Numbered from the stretch's first letter, positions 50,189-59,568 are shown. The stretch is DNA of 64,000 nt from an uncultured Desulfovibrionaceae bacterium (GCA_964603615.1 CAZRVU010000006.1:12249-76248), one strand, 5' to 3'. Notes: generated from the sequence alone by a model not told the origin. Program-made: numbers and translations.

Positions 50189-50482
50189 TCAATCAATATC
50201 TTCCTGTACCAATAAATCTTTATCTGTTATTTCTGTATATGTTGGCTTACTTACACCATTTTTTAACGTTCTAGTATATAATGAAGTTTCATGAATATTT
50301 AGCTTATCCAATATATCAAGGGCAGACCTTATTTCATCGGCACGAATCCTTAAGGTAATTCCACAGCCAGCTTTTATTTGCGGCGGCAATGGAAAAACCC
50401 CTGCATGAAGATTGTTGTCTAGAAAGTTTTGCTCTGCTTTAATGGCTAAATTTGTACTTTCAAATATTATAATATATTCCAT
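50189..50482 (-). CDS. DUF3343 domain protein
   Basis: IIFESTNLAIKAE...LPPQIKAGCGITLR; typical companion of yedF. Confidence 0.82.
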   Translation of the reverse strand: MEYIIIFESTNLAIKAEQNFLDNNLHAGVFPLPPQIKAGCGITLRIRADEIRSALDILDKLNIHETSLYTRTLKNGVSKPTYTEITDKDLLVQEDID

Positions 50483-50483
50483 G

Positions 50484-51614
50484 TTACTGCCCCGTCGATT
50501 CCACAATGTTTTTGACTGCCGAAATACCCATCTTTATTTCTTCTTCCGTATTAAAATAAGAAAAGGAGAACCTTACCAGCCCTGATTCTACAGTATTAAA
50601 ATGTTTATGCAGCAATGGAGCACAATGGCTCCCGGGCCTGGTAGCAATGCTGTACTTGTTCCAAAGCTCTGCCGAAAAATCCGATGCACTTATGCCTTCT
50701 ACCTTAATCGAGACTACCGCCAGTCTGTTTCGAGTTTTAAAATTTCCATAGATTTCTACATTTTCAATCTCTTTAATGCCATTATAAAATATTCTTGCTA
50801 GATTCTCTTCTTTTTTGTGTATCTTATCTACCCCCATAGAATTAATAAAGCTGGCTCCTTTTTGCAGTCCATAAAGACCAGGGCAGTTTAAAGTACCGGC
50901 TTCAAAAACGTCAGGCATAGTCTTAGGTTGTAATTTTTCAAAACTATTTACCCCGGTGCCTCCTGTTTTCACAATCTTAAAATCAAAATCTCCATTAACT
51001 ATAATACCTCCTGTACCCTGGGGCCCAAATAAACTCTTGTGACCTGTAAAGCAAAAAATATCCGCCATACCTAAATTCACCGGATAGGCACCAAAGGTTT
51101 GGCTAACATCTAAAATCATCATAATATTATTCTTTTTGCATAACCTATATAATTTTTCTGCATCTGTCACATTTCCTGTTACATTGGAGCCATGGGTACA
51201 AATCAAAAATTTTGTAGAAGGATTTATCAATTCCTCAAAGGTATCAATCAGTATGTTTCCCTCATCATCACAATCCATAAATACTATGTCGCATTCTTTT
51301 AGATATAATGGCCTTAAAACAGAATTATGTTCTGTTGTAGTTGTAATTACTGTATCTTCTTTTTTGACCAAACTATTGATTACCAGATTAAAGCTTTCTG
51401 TGGCAGAATATGTAAAGGCTACTTTTAAGGGATCCTCTAAACCGATTAGTTTTGCAATTTCAGCCCGGGTGCGATAAATTTCTCTATTAGCATGCATAAC
51501 TGCATCATAAAAGGAACGCCCCGGGTTTCCAAAATTGGCAATGGCATAGGCTACTGCTTCTCCAACCTCTGCCGGTTTCCTTAAAGTTGTAGCACTATTA
51601 TCAAAGTAAATCAT
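50484..51614 (-). CDS. Cysteine desulfurase family protein (selenocysteine lyase-like)
   Basis: MIYFDNSATT..KP, GNPGRS, EHNSVLRP, HGSNVTG, FTGHKSLFGPQGTGG, RPGSHCAP.LH, VRFSFSYFNT. Confidence 0.9.
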   Translation of the reverse strand: MIYFDNSATTLRKPAEVGEAVAYAIANFGNPGRSFYDAVMHANREIYRTRAEIAKLIGLEDPLKVAFTYSATESFNLVINSLVKKEDTVITTTTEHNSVLRPLYLKECDIVFMDCDDEGNILIDTFEELINPSTKFLICTHGSNVTGNVTDAEKLYRLCKKNNIMMILDVSQTFGAYPVNLGMADIFCFTGHKSLFGPQGTGGIIVNGDFDFKIVKTGGTGVNSFEKLQPKTMPDVFEAGTLNCPGLYGLQKGASFINSMGVDKIHKKEENLARIFYNGIKEIENVEIYGNFKTRNRLAVVSIKVEGISASDFSAELWNKYSIATRPGSHCAPLLHKHFNTVESGLVRFSFSYFNTEEEIKMGISAVKNIVESTGQ

Positions 51615-51880
51615 AATTTTCTCCCCTTATGACTGACTATAACAATTATATCCCTTTTTGTCTCCCTATCCAAATTTTCCCGAACAGACGGCAATTGACC
51701 AATACCTGCTGCTAATAAGAAATTGCCAAATAGCGGTTGGTATCCATCCTGCAGCCTGGCTGATAGGGGCAAAGAGTACAAAAGGTAAAAGGAGGTTGTG
51801 CAAAAAGATTAAGATTAAGCATAGCGCATCCCTCCAGTGCAAATCATCTGTATGCGGCGCAACAGACCGTTATAAAATAA

Positions 51881-51908
51881 ATGTCATGAACCCTATAGCC
51901 CATGACAT
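51881..51908 (-). terminator. Terminator-like hairpin after the tRNA operon
   Basis: ATGTCATG...CATGACAT followed by TTATTTT on the minus strand. Confidence 0.55.
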
Positions 51909-51936
51909 CTAAAAAATCCATAATTATCATTAAATT

Positions 51937-52022
51937 TGGTGCGAGAGGGGGGATTTGAACCCCCACACCCTTGCGGACACCAGGTCCTGAACCTGGCGCG
52001 TCTGCCGTTCCGCCACTCTCGC
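51937..52022 (-). tRNA. tRNA-Leu(CAG)
   Basis: GCGAGAG acceptor, anticodon arm CCAGG-TTCAGGA-CCTGG, long variable arm, GGTTCAAATCC, encoded CCA. Confidence 0.96.
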
Positions 52023-52030
52023 AAAAAAAA

Positions 52031-52106
52031 TGGTGAGCCATGGAGGATTCGAACCTCCGACACCCTGATTAAAAGTCAGGTGCTCTGCCAACTGAGCTAA
52101 TGGCCC
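52031..52106 (-). tRNA. tRNA-Lys(TTT)
   Basis: Anticodon arm CCTGA-CTTTTAA-TCAGG, GGTTCGAATCC, CCA. Confidence 0.97.
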
Positions 52107-52241
52107 ATATTACCATCCTTCATAGCCTCTGACCTTTCCCAGCATTACCTGACCTTGCACTAATCTAAACGTCACTAGAAAATAAGACTAGAAGAATATT
52201 AAATTAAAAAATGGAGGCAAAAAACTATTTACTAAATATAA

Positions 52242-52328
52242 TGGTGGAGAGGACTGGATTTGAACCAGTGAAGGCAACGCCAGCAGATTTACAGTCTGCC
52301 CCCTTTGGCCGAACTTGGGTACCTCTCC
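52242..52328 (-). tRNA. tRNA-Tyr(GTA)
   Basis: Anticodon arm GCAGA-CTGTAAA-TCTGC, long variable arm, CCA. Confidence 0.96.
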
Positions 52329-52346
52329 ATGTCAGACAATTTTTCC

Positions 52347-52423
52347 TGGAGCCGACGATGGGACTCGAACCCGCAACCTGCTGATTACAAATCAGCTGCT
52401 CTAGCCTGTTGAGCTACGTCGGC
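52347..52423 (-). tRNA. tRNA-Thr(TGT)
   Basis: Anticodon arm GCTGA-TTTGTAA-TCAGC, GGTTCGAGTCC, CCA. Confidence 0.96.
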
Positions 52424-52450
52424 ATAGGTGTTTCAAGCAAGCCAATCAAT

Positions 52451-52479
52451 AGTATAACTCATTTTTATAGGATCGTCAA
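52451..52479 (-). promoter_or_regulatory. Sigma-A promoter of the Thr-Tyr-Lys-Leu tRNA operon
   Basis: TTGACG-17-TATACT. Confidence 0.75.
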
Positions 52480-52584
52480 CACTTTGAACAGCTAAATAAC
52501 ATGTTAAAATTATTTCTTATAAATCATGAAAAACAAGAAATAATAAAAGTACAAACGGGATTATTTTAAAAGGATGGTAAATAT

Positions 52585-53553
52585 ATGTTTTCTCAAAGCT
52601 TTGCTTCTATTTTTAATTCCATACAAGAAATTGAAGAAGAATTAAAAAACAAACCTGACCAATCGGAAAAAGATATCTTGCTGCAAAGATTACTGGAACT
52701 ACGCAATATCATGGATCAATGTGTTAAACACTGGTTACAATTTGAAGAAAAAATGAACAAATTACAGCTAGAATACAATTTTTGCTTACCAGATATTCTT
52801 CCTGCCGGTTTTTTACAAGATACTGAACTGCGAAACATGGATACGGAAAAAGAAGATTATGTTGAAAATATATCTTATCAAAAAATAACAACCGAAAAGC
52901 ACCCCCTTTTAAAGTTGGAAAGTGAACTGGGCATGGATTCTTTTCGTAAAGGCCTTGGCTTTTGGGATTTGGCCATGTTAGAGGAAGCAATCGGTGAGTT
53001 TGAAAAGGTTATTAAATTGGAGCCAAACTTTATTTTCGGACATTTTTGTCTGGGCATGGCTTATAGCGAGTTGGGACTACATGAACAGGCACTTAGTAAA
53101 CTAAGATTAGTGAAAGCGCTAACACAGGATCCCTATTTAAACACTCTGGTGCATAATGCTATTGGTAATATTTATGCTACCGAAAAAAAGTATGCCGAAG
53201 CCTTAAATGAATTCATCCTCGCTATAGAAGAAGATCCCCATTTTATTATCGGTTATGTTAATTTGGGTGCGATTTATTTTAATTTAGGCCGTTACGAAGA
53301 TTCCATAATAGCTTTTGAAAAAGCCAAATCAGCTCTTCCTTATGATTGGGAGATATATTACAACCTGGGCCGGGCCTACAACTTTGAAGGGGAGCATATT
53401 AAAGCCTTGCAAAATTTCAAAAAAGCACTAAGCATCAATCCCACTGAAACAAAAATTCTTTTTGAAATGGGAGTCCTTTACGAATATTTTGGAGACAGGA
53501 AAAACGCATCCCATTGTTTTAGCTGTATCTTTAAAAGAGATACCAGTATTTAA
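52585..53553 (+). CDS. Tetratricopeptide repeat protein with an N-terminal coiled region
   Basis: Repeated TPR-like units (AIGEFEKVIKLEP, HNAIGNIY, YVNLGAIYFNLGRYEDSI, YYNLGRAY). Confidence 0.88.
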   Translation: MFSQSFASIFNSIQEIEEELKNKPDQSEKDILLQRLLELRNIMDQCVKHWLQFEEKMNKLQLEYNFCLPDILPAGFLQDTELRNMDTEKEDYVENISYQKITTEKHPLLKLESELGMDSFRKGLGFWDLAMLEEAIGEFEKVIKLEPNFIFGHFCLGMAYSELGLHEQALSKLRLVKALTQDPYLNTLVHNAIGNIYATEKKYAEALNEFILAIEEDPHFIIGYVNLGAIYFNLGRYEDSIIAFEKAKSALPYDWEIYYNLGRAYNFEGEHIKALQNFKKALSINPTETKILFEMGVLYEYFGDRKNASHCFSCIFKRDTSI

Positions 53554-53694
53554 CTAATTGTCTAAAAAGACCTGGTACATGGAACTTATCACTGGCATTT
53601 CCGTTTTTAACTGCATGGCAGGAATTTTCAAATTTTTGTCGAATTACTATAATTGGTATATATAATAATATTTACCTATAAAGGAGGTGTTTTT

Positions 53695-53886
53695 TTGCGT
53701 TTTCACAAGGTTTTAGTTCTAGTGGTTCTACTAATGTTGCTGGTCACATTTGCAGCCGGCTGTGGTGAACTAGCTGAAGAAATGAATCCCAATGGACCAG
53801 ACGCAGAGGGACCGGATGCAGGGGAACCGGATGCCGAAGCATTGAATGCCGAAGATTTCAACATCGATAACCTCAATGCCGGATAG
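53695..53886 (+). CDS. Small acidic lipoprotein with pentapeptide repeats; 3' end probably frameshifted
   Basis: RBS AAGGAGG then TTG at 53695; lipobox FAAGC; repeats PNGPD/AEGPD/AGEPD/AEALN/AEDFN/IDNLN. Confidence 0.7.
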   Translation: MRFHKVLVLVVLLMLLVTFAAGCGELAEEMNPNGPDAEGPDAGEPDAEALNAEDFNIDNLNAG

Positions 53887-54100
53887 CCAACGCTGAAGAT
53901 ATAAACGTTGAAAAGCTAGATACCGGAAAAGCTACCGATCCCGGATTATAGGAGAACATTTTAAAATCTAAAGAGCCGATCAAGGAAAAGGTAACCACAA
54001 CCTGATGATAAGGTTACCAGTTTCGGCCTCCTTGTGTTTACGACCGCTAGAAGATTAATCAACGTCGGACAAATTGTAAAAAAAGCAGTTATAGCAAAAC

Positions 54101-54133
54101 TGAGCTGCGCTGGTTTTAAACCAACGCAGCTCA
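54101..54133. terminator. Hairpin between the convergent lipoprotein gene and ndk
   Basis: TGAGCTGCG...CGCAGCTCA stem. Confidence 0.55.
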
Positions 54134-54224
54134 TTCCATGTATATTATTTATGTATATAAAACGTTATATTGGCCTGGCAGCATAAATCAGTCTCCAAAA
54201 ACAACCACATCCCCGACACGATTA

Positions 54225-54689
54225 CTATAAGTCTATTTCTGGCCCATATATCCAATAATCTGTACTTTTAGTATAGTCCATAATTTCCCCCGCAGAAAAA
54301 AAGAGGGAGGTCTCCCTGGCCGCGCTTTCAAGGGAATCGGAGCCATGAACGACGTTGTTGCCTGTGAAAAGAGCATGATCACCACGCAGCGTACCGCAGG
54401 AAGCCTCCTGAGGATTAGTATTTCCCAGCATTTTACGTACGACCCCAACGGCTCCCTTGCCCTCCCAGATCATAGCCACAACCGGACCGGAGGTAATAAA
54501 GGCAACCAGGCCCTCAAAAAAAGGCTTGCCTTGATGTTCCGCATAGTGTTTTTCAGCTAATTCCTTGCTTATTTGCAACATCTTTAGTGCTACTAGTTTT
54601 AGGCCTTTTTTTTCAAACCGACGGATAATTTCGCCGATCAGATTTCTTTGCACTGCGTCGGGTTTAAGCATTACAAAAGTTTTTTGCAT
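54225..54689 (-). CDS. ndk: Nucleoside diphosphate kinase
   Basis: [38 protein letters not shown]. Confidence 0.98.
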   Translation of the reverse strand: MQKTFVMLKPDAVQRNLIGEIIRRFEKKGLKLVALKMLQISKELAEKHYAEHQGKPFFEGLVAFITSGPVVAMIWEGKGAVGVVRKMLGNTNPQEASCGTLRGDHALFTGNNVVHGSDSLESAARETSLFFSAGEIMDYTKSTDYWIYGPEIDL

Positions 54690-54779
54690 ATAATCTATCT
54701 CCCTTGGTTTATATTATGCAGCATAGCAGACACAGTAAACAAAATATTATCTAGAATACTATTTTATAAAATTAAGAAA

Positions 54780-55706
54780 TTAAGATAGTTTATAAGAAAA
54801 AAAAGGGTTGTTATCCTCAATAATGCGCTTTTCCCGGGCGCGCATCACCCGTATATCTTTTGTTAAGGAAAAAAGGTTGAGGTGGGTGAGGCCATCATAA
54901 AATTGCAAACCCTGAACGCTTCTTTTATTCAGCCTGTCGTCGATAAAAGAAGGCTGACAGTCCTGCGCAGAGTAATCCTGTGAAGCGTAAATAAAACCCC
55001 ATTTGGAATCAAAAGAAGGGATATAAGCACCATAAGAATCAACATATTTAAAGGCGAGTTTAAGGGTATTATAAAGTGAGCTATGATATTGTAACAGCCT
55101 GGGGTTTAAATCATCGGCTTGTAAGGCAATCCCGCCCTTGGTTTTAACCCTTTGCGCCACTAACTGGTAAAATTCTTTAGTAAAAAGTAAATAAGAAGGA
55201 CTATCATGATCAAGGGGTTCAGTTAAATCAACAATGATGACATCCCACTTTTCATCATTATCCTCCAGGTATTTTCGTGCATCCATAAAGTGGACCTTAA
55301 CCCGTGGATCTTCAAAAACCCCCTGATTCCAGGCAGGCAAATATTTTTGACAAAGCTCTACAACATCCCGGTCAATATCAACCATGACCAGTTTTTCCAC
55401 AGAAGGGTGCCTAAGAATTTCCCTTAAAGCTGCCCCCTCTCCCCCACCCACCACCAGGACTTTTCTGGGCAAAGGATGGATAACCATGGCTGGATGAACC
55501 AACGCCTCATGATAAATATATTCATCAAACTGCGCCGATTGAATCTTTCCATTTAAAATGAGACAGCGGCCAAAAAAATCCGTATCAACAATCTCTATAC
55601 TTTGAAATGGTGTCTGCCCATCGTAAACATATCGTTCTATGCCATACATGTGAGCCTGGCTGGGATGCGTATACTCGATAAACCATTTCCCAGTAAAAGG
55701 TGACAA
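54780..55706 (-). CDS. speE: Polyamine aminopropyltransferase (spermidine synthase)
   Basis: TPFQ.IEI, DEYIYHEALVHP, VLVVGGGEG, VDID..VV, DVIIVDLTEP. Confidence 0.95.
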   Translation of the reverse strand: MSPFTGKWFIEYTHPSQAHMYGIERYVYDGQTPFQSIEIVDTDFFGRCLILNGKIQSAQFDEYIYHEALVHPAMVIHPLPRKVLVVGGGEGAALREILRHPSVEKLVMVDIDRDVVELCQKYLPAWNQGVFEDPRVKVHFMDARKYLEDNDEKWDVIIVDLTEPLDHDSPSYLLFTKEFYQLVAQRVKTKGGIALQADDLNPRLLQYHSSLYNTLKLAFKYVDSYGAYIPSFDSKWGFIYASQDYSAQDCQPSFIDDRLNKRSVQGLQFYDGLTHLNLFSLTKDIRVMRAREKRIIEDNNPFFSYKLS

Positions 55707-55898
55707 GTTAAGGCCTCCTTAATAAATAAAATTTTGGAGAAACGCATAACAGATTCGCTCCCCAAAAGCCCTTTTCATTACAATTTCATTTAGATAGCAG
55801 CTTATTATGGGGATCCTTTGAGCCAAAACCGTTGCCGGTAAAACTTCTCAGATTTGAACCATAAATAACAATTTTGTTCAAAGTACCAACAAGTTACA

Positions 55899-56300
55899 TT
55901 AAACAGCAGATTTTTGCGGGGTAAAATCTGTTTCAATTTCGTTCAACTCGAAAATGCCGCGTTTTATTTCCTTGGCCGCCATCCGTTCAGCTATAAAGTG
56001 CCTTTTTAAATAGTAACAAGACACCCAGGGATCAACAGTAGTCCCGCACGTAAAAACATCCACCGCAGCGTACCCGAATTCCGGCCAGGTATGAATAGCC
56101 AGATGCGATTCGGAAATCACCACTACGCCGCTTACCCCTTGAGGAGCAAATTTATGGAAGACAACTTCCCTTACCTCAGCTCCAGCTTCCAGGGCTGCTT
56201 TTTTCATAATTTGCTCAATCTGGGCCGTGTTATTTAATAGATCTGAAGAACACCCATAAAATTCAGCCAGAACATGGCGGCCTAAAGCGCGCATTTTCAA
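55899..56300 (-). CDS. speD: S-adenosylmethionine decarboxylase proenzyme
   Basis: [50 protein letters not shown]. Confidence 0.97.
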   Translation of the reverse strand: MKMRALGRHVLAEFYGCSSDLLNNTAQIEQIMKKAALEAGAEVREVVFHKFAPQGVSGVVVISESHLAIHTWPEFGYAAVDVFTCGTTVDPWVSCYYLKRHFIAERMAAKEIKRGIFELNEIETDFTPQKSAV

Positions 56301-56443
56301 AACCCCCTTTTTAAAATTTTGTGTAAGGTCAAATTAAATTGTAACAAATTAAGTGAAAAAGTCAATGATCATGGGATATATTTTTGAAATATGAAGCATA
56401 ATGCTTTAAAACAAAGCCAACGGAATAAATTCATATTAAATGG

Positions 56444-56908
56444 CTATTTTCGAATACGCACAACTAAACCCTGGTTTGCCTTTTGTAACTCCTGTGCAGA
56501 AATTTTAACAAGGGAGTTAGGAGATCCCCCGCCAGTATAAACCAAATCTTTTTCCATCACCCGAGGGTCAACCAAAAAATATCCCTCGTAACCAAACGAA
56601 GGGACACCTCCGGCAGGATAACCTGATTTAGCCAGAATTTCTTCCGGGGTAGCAATCCTAGGCGTTGCAATGCCCAGCGCCTTGCCAACCCTTTTTCTGC
56701 TAACCCGATCCTCACCTTTGACAATGCCGATAACCAAATGGCCACCGGCAGTAACCATGCAAATATTTTTTACCAAATCCTCCGGCGTGGCATTTACCGC
56801 CTTAGCCGCGGCCTCCACTGTATGGCAGGACTCTTCGAAAATCAAATGTTCACCCTCGATCTTGTTTTCAAGCATATAATTTTTAATTCTTTGTTCGTGC
56901 TCATGCAT
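56444..56908 (-). CDS. YbaK/EbsC family aminoacyl-tRNA deacylase (start at ATG 56908)
   Basis: HTVEAAAKA, LVKNI, IATPEEI...SGYPAGGVPSFG, GGGS. Confidence 0.88.
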   Translation of the reverse strand: MHEHEQRIKNYMLENKIEGEHLIFEESCHTVEAAAKAVNATPEDLVKNICMVTAGGHLVIGIVKGEDRVSRKRVGKALGIATPRIATPEEILAKSGYPAGGVPSFGYEGYFLVDPRVMEKDLVYTGGGSPNSLVKISAQELQKANQGLVVRIRK

Positions 56909-57380
56909 TACTTTACCTCCATTTCTTGCTACAGCAAAATATAAATCATTTTTCAAGGATCGAGAACTAAAAAAGTATAAAGCTGTGAGGAAAATAGGGT
57001 TTTCTCAGCGTTTTTTACATAAGGGATCACTATAACACTGGCATTGTGGATCACTTTTTGTCACTTGAATTACCATTTTTGATAAATGTAGGGCGCAATA
57101 GTAATTTATTAGCATTGATGCCCTTGAAATCTTTCTTCCGGCATAATTATACCCTAACTTTGGGAAAAGTGGAAAATAAAATGTGTTTTTTCCCAGCATG
57201 CAACGAAACCAACAGGTAAGAACACCAAATTAGGGAAAGTATAGCCCACATAAAAAAACCCCACAACCTTTGATAGTTATGGAGTTTCTATTTGTTGCAA
57301 GATATATATAAGATATAATATGTATAATAAAGATATGAAACAAAAACCCCCTAAACGCTGATGTTCAGAAGGTTCATAGC

Positions 57381-57457
57381 TGGTCGGGGCGACAGGATTT
57401 GAACCTGCGACCTCTTGACCCCCAGTCAAGCGCGCTACCAAGCTGCGCCACGCCCCG
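57381..57457 (-). tRNA. tRNA-Pro(GGG)
   Basis: CGGGGCG acceptor, anticodon arm CTTGA-CTGGGGG-TCAAG, GGTTCAAATCC, CCA; promoter TTGACT-17-TAGAAT at 57502-57474. Confidence 0.96.
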
Positions 57458-57706
57458 TCATTTTCCCATACGTATTCTACCACTGCTGCCTGGCAAAGTC
57501 AACAATTTTAACGTTTAACAGCATCTACTTTAAATTTACCCCATTAACGCATTGCCTTTACGGCATTGTCCTTACAATCGGGCATAAGCATAGCAAACTT
57601 ATAAATTCCTTAAGTTTAAAAACTTTGTGTTTAGAAATGCATCAATACAATCGGGCAGAATTACTATTTGTTGCTTAAAAGAATTACCACGCACGGCAGT
57701 ATTTCA

Positions 57707-57925
57707 TCAGACACCTCAACCCAGGCCATGATAGCCAATCGACTTGACCTTCCCATTTTCCACTAATACAGGCACAATGCCGGCATTGTACTTTTCCTTA
57801 ATTTCTTTCAACGCACTGTTGTCATTGCTAACATTATACAATTGATATGTAAGGCCCTCCTGCTCCAACTGTTCAATTTGTTTCCGGCAATGGGGGCACC
57901 CCTCCTTAATATATAGCTCAAGCAT
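57707..57925 (-). CDS. Glutaredoxin-like selenoprotein (Uxx-stop type); TGA at 57718-57716 read as Sec
   Basis: MLELYIKEGCPHCRKQ...VPVLVENGKVKSIGYHGLG-TGA-GGT-GTC-TGA-TGA; the C-terminal U-x-x-stop pattern matches the known Uxx-star glutaredoxin-like family. Confidence 0.8.
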
Positions 57926-58155
57926 TTCAGCACCATCCTTCCTGGTTTTATCCAATAATTTGCCTTTGTCCTTTGATATTACTTAAACGGCAAACGTATA
58001 ACGGGACGATAATATTTATATTCCCCATTTGTCCGTACATTATAGAAATTATTTTTCTTTCCTTGTTTCTACCCGGCAAAAGTTAAGGCTAACGCTCCCC
58101 CAGGCGTCAAAATAAAAAAACTTGGATTTTATTGTTGAGGCACAGTAATTTATTT

Positions 58156-58902
58156 TCATAGGATTGAGGAGTCCTTGTCTTCAGACATGGTAACCAGCTT
58201 TACACCCCTGCCACGAAATTGGCTGAAGATTATTCCTTCCGAAACAAGCCTAAGTACAGTCTCCGGCCCGGTAACCATCGTTCCTGAAACCAGGTCCACG
58301 CCGTAATTGAACCATACAGGGGAAAGCGGAGTTGTCGGGCCCAAGACCATTACCAGTGCATCGCTGCGGCAAAGAGCCAACAACCTGTCCATGGTATCGT
58401 TAATCAGAGCAGTGCCGGTAATGGCCAGCACATCGGACTGCGGGATAATCTGTTCAGCTTCTTCTGCCGGTAAATCACCGATCCGGGGATGCCTTTCTAG
58501 AACCCACAGTTCCCCTGCTTCTTTTTTCAAATCGGTAACAAAAGGGAAATGGCCTACCACGCAAACTTTTTTGCCCTTTCCCTTTTGGAAAAGAACTTCC
58601 GAAGCATTAACCTGCCGACAACAGTTAAGGTCTACCTCCATCAAGGAATTTATGGCGGCTAGCCCGACACTGCGCTCCAGCAAACTTCCGCTAAGGACAT
58701 ATGCACATAGTTCAAGCGCCGTTTTTTCTTTCAGACGGCCCGCGTCACGCACCGGTGGACCAGAACTGTGATCACGCTCAGTGATAGTTGAAGCCAGGCC
58801 GCAATGCCGGGTCCAAACTGCTGTCCAGGAAGATCCTACCCTTACATCTTTTACAGGGGCATCTTCTTTCAATGTAGAGATAATATCCTCAATTATTTTC
58901 AA
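58156..58902 (-). CDS. DUF364 family protein (Rossmann-like, putative metal chelation)
   Basis: GLASTI, ERSVGLAAINSL, VVGHFPF, ITGTALIN.T...LL, VLGPTTPL. Confidence 0.85.
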   Translation of the reverse strand: MKIIEDIISTLKEDAPVKDVRVGSSWTAVWTRHCGLASTITERDHSSGPPVRDAGRLKEKTALELCAYVLSGSLLERSVGLAAINSLMEVDLNCCRQVNASEVLFQKGKGKKVCVVGHFPFVTDLKKEAGELWVLERHPRIGDLPAEEAEQIIPQSDVLAITGTALINDTMDRLLALCRSDALVMVLGPTTPLSPVWFNYGVDLVSGTMVTGPETVLRLVSEGIIFSQFRGRGVKLVTMSEDKDSSIL

Positions 58903-59142
58903 AAACTCACCTCGTTTCCACTATGTTTGATAGTGGCATTTCATGATTCACTGCATAATATTTCGCTATCCCTTCCCGGATTTCCTTTTATTTCGTTGAT
59001 ACCAGAACAACGAACCAACACTTCACTAACTTATCTTATCCTAAACAAATTTATGCCTTTTGGGGTAATGTCAATCTACTGTAACTTTGGTGGCTAGCTA
59101 TCCTGTCCCACCATAAACAGTTGTATATTTAGGTTTTTCCGT

Positions 59143-59568
59143 TTAGAACCTACCGGCACCTCCCCCTCTACCACCGCCACGTCCTCCTCCCCTGCCCCCT
59201 TCTCTTCCAAGACCAAAATTGGTCGAAACCGTTGAATTAGAAAGAAGGTTTAATTTACCCTGTTGATATTGTTTGATTGTATCAGCAACTGTTTCACTGA
59301 TTCCGGTATAAACTTTAACGCCCCCTGCATTTAGTGCATTAAAAGCTTTTGGCCCAACATTTCCAGCAAGAACCACATCTACTCCTTTGTTTACCAGCAC
59401 CTGTGTCGCCTGGACACCGGCTCCCCCCGGCGCTGCCACACTGGGGTTGGGGATGGATTCAAATTCCTCAAAGTCTTCACTTACCAAAACAAAATAGTCA
59501 CATCGTCCGAAACGCTGATCCACCAAGCTATCAAGACCTGGCCCTTGAGAACAAACTGCAATTATCAA
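59143..59568 (-). CDS. NifB/NifX family Mo-Fe cluster-binding protein with a Gly/Arg-rich tail
   Basis: VDQRFGRCDYF, GGAGVQATQ, GNVGPKAFNALNAGGVKVY, tail GRGGGRGGGRGGG. Confidence 0.9.
   Translation of the reverse strand: MIIAVCSQGPGLDSLVDQRFGRCDYFVLVSEDFEEFESIPNPSVAAPGGAGVQATQVLVNKGVDVVLAGNVGPKAFNALNAGGVKVYTGISETVADTIKQYQQGKLNLLSNSTVSTNFGLGREGGRGGGRGGGRGGGAGRF

Noticed and set aside
52107-52241. Degenerate tRNA or ncRNA in the 135-nt Tyr-Lys spacer
   Set aside because: No cloverleaf or T-loop motif is present; only a short AAGGTCAG duplication on the minus strand.
53884-53904. Pyrrolysine read-through of the lipoprotein TAG
   Set aside because: In-frame read-through gives only PTLKI before a TAA, and the repeat continues in a different frame. 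No pyl genes are in the window.
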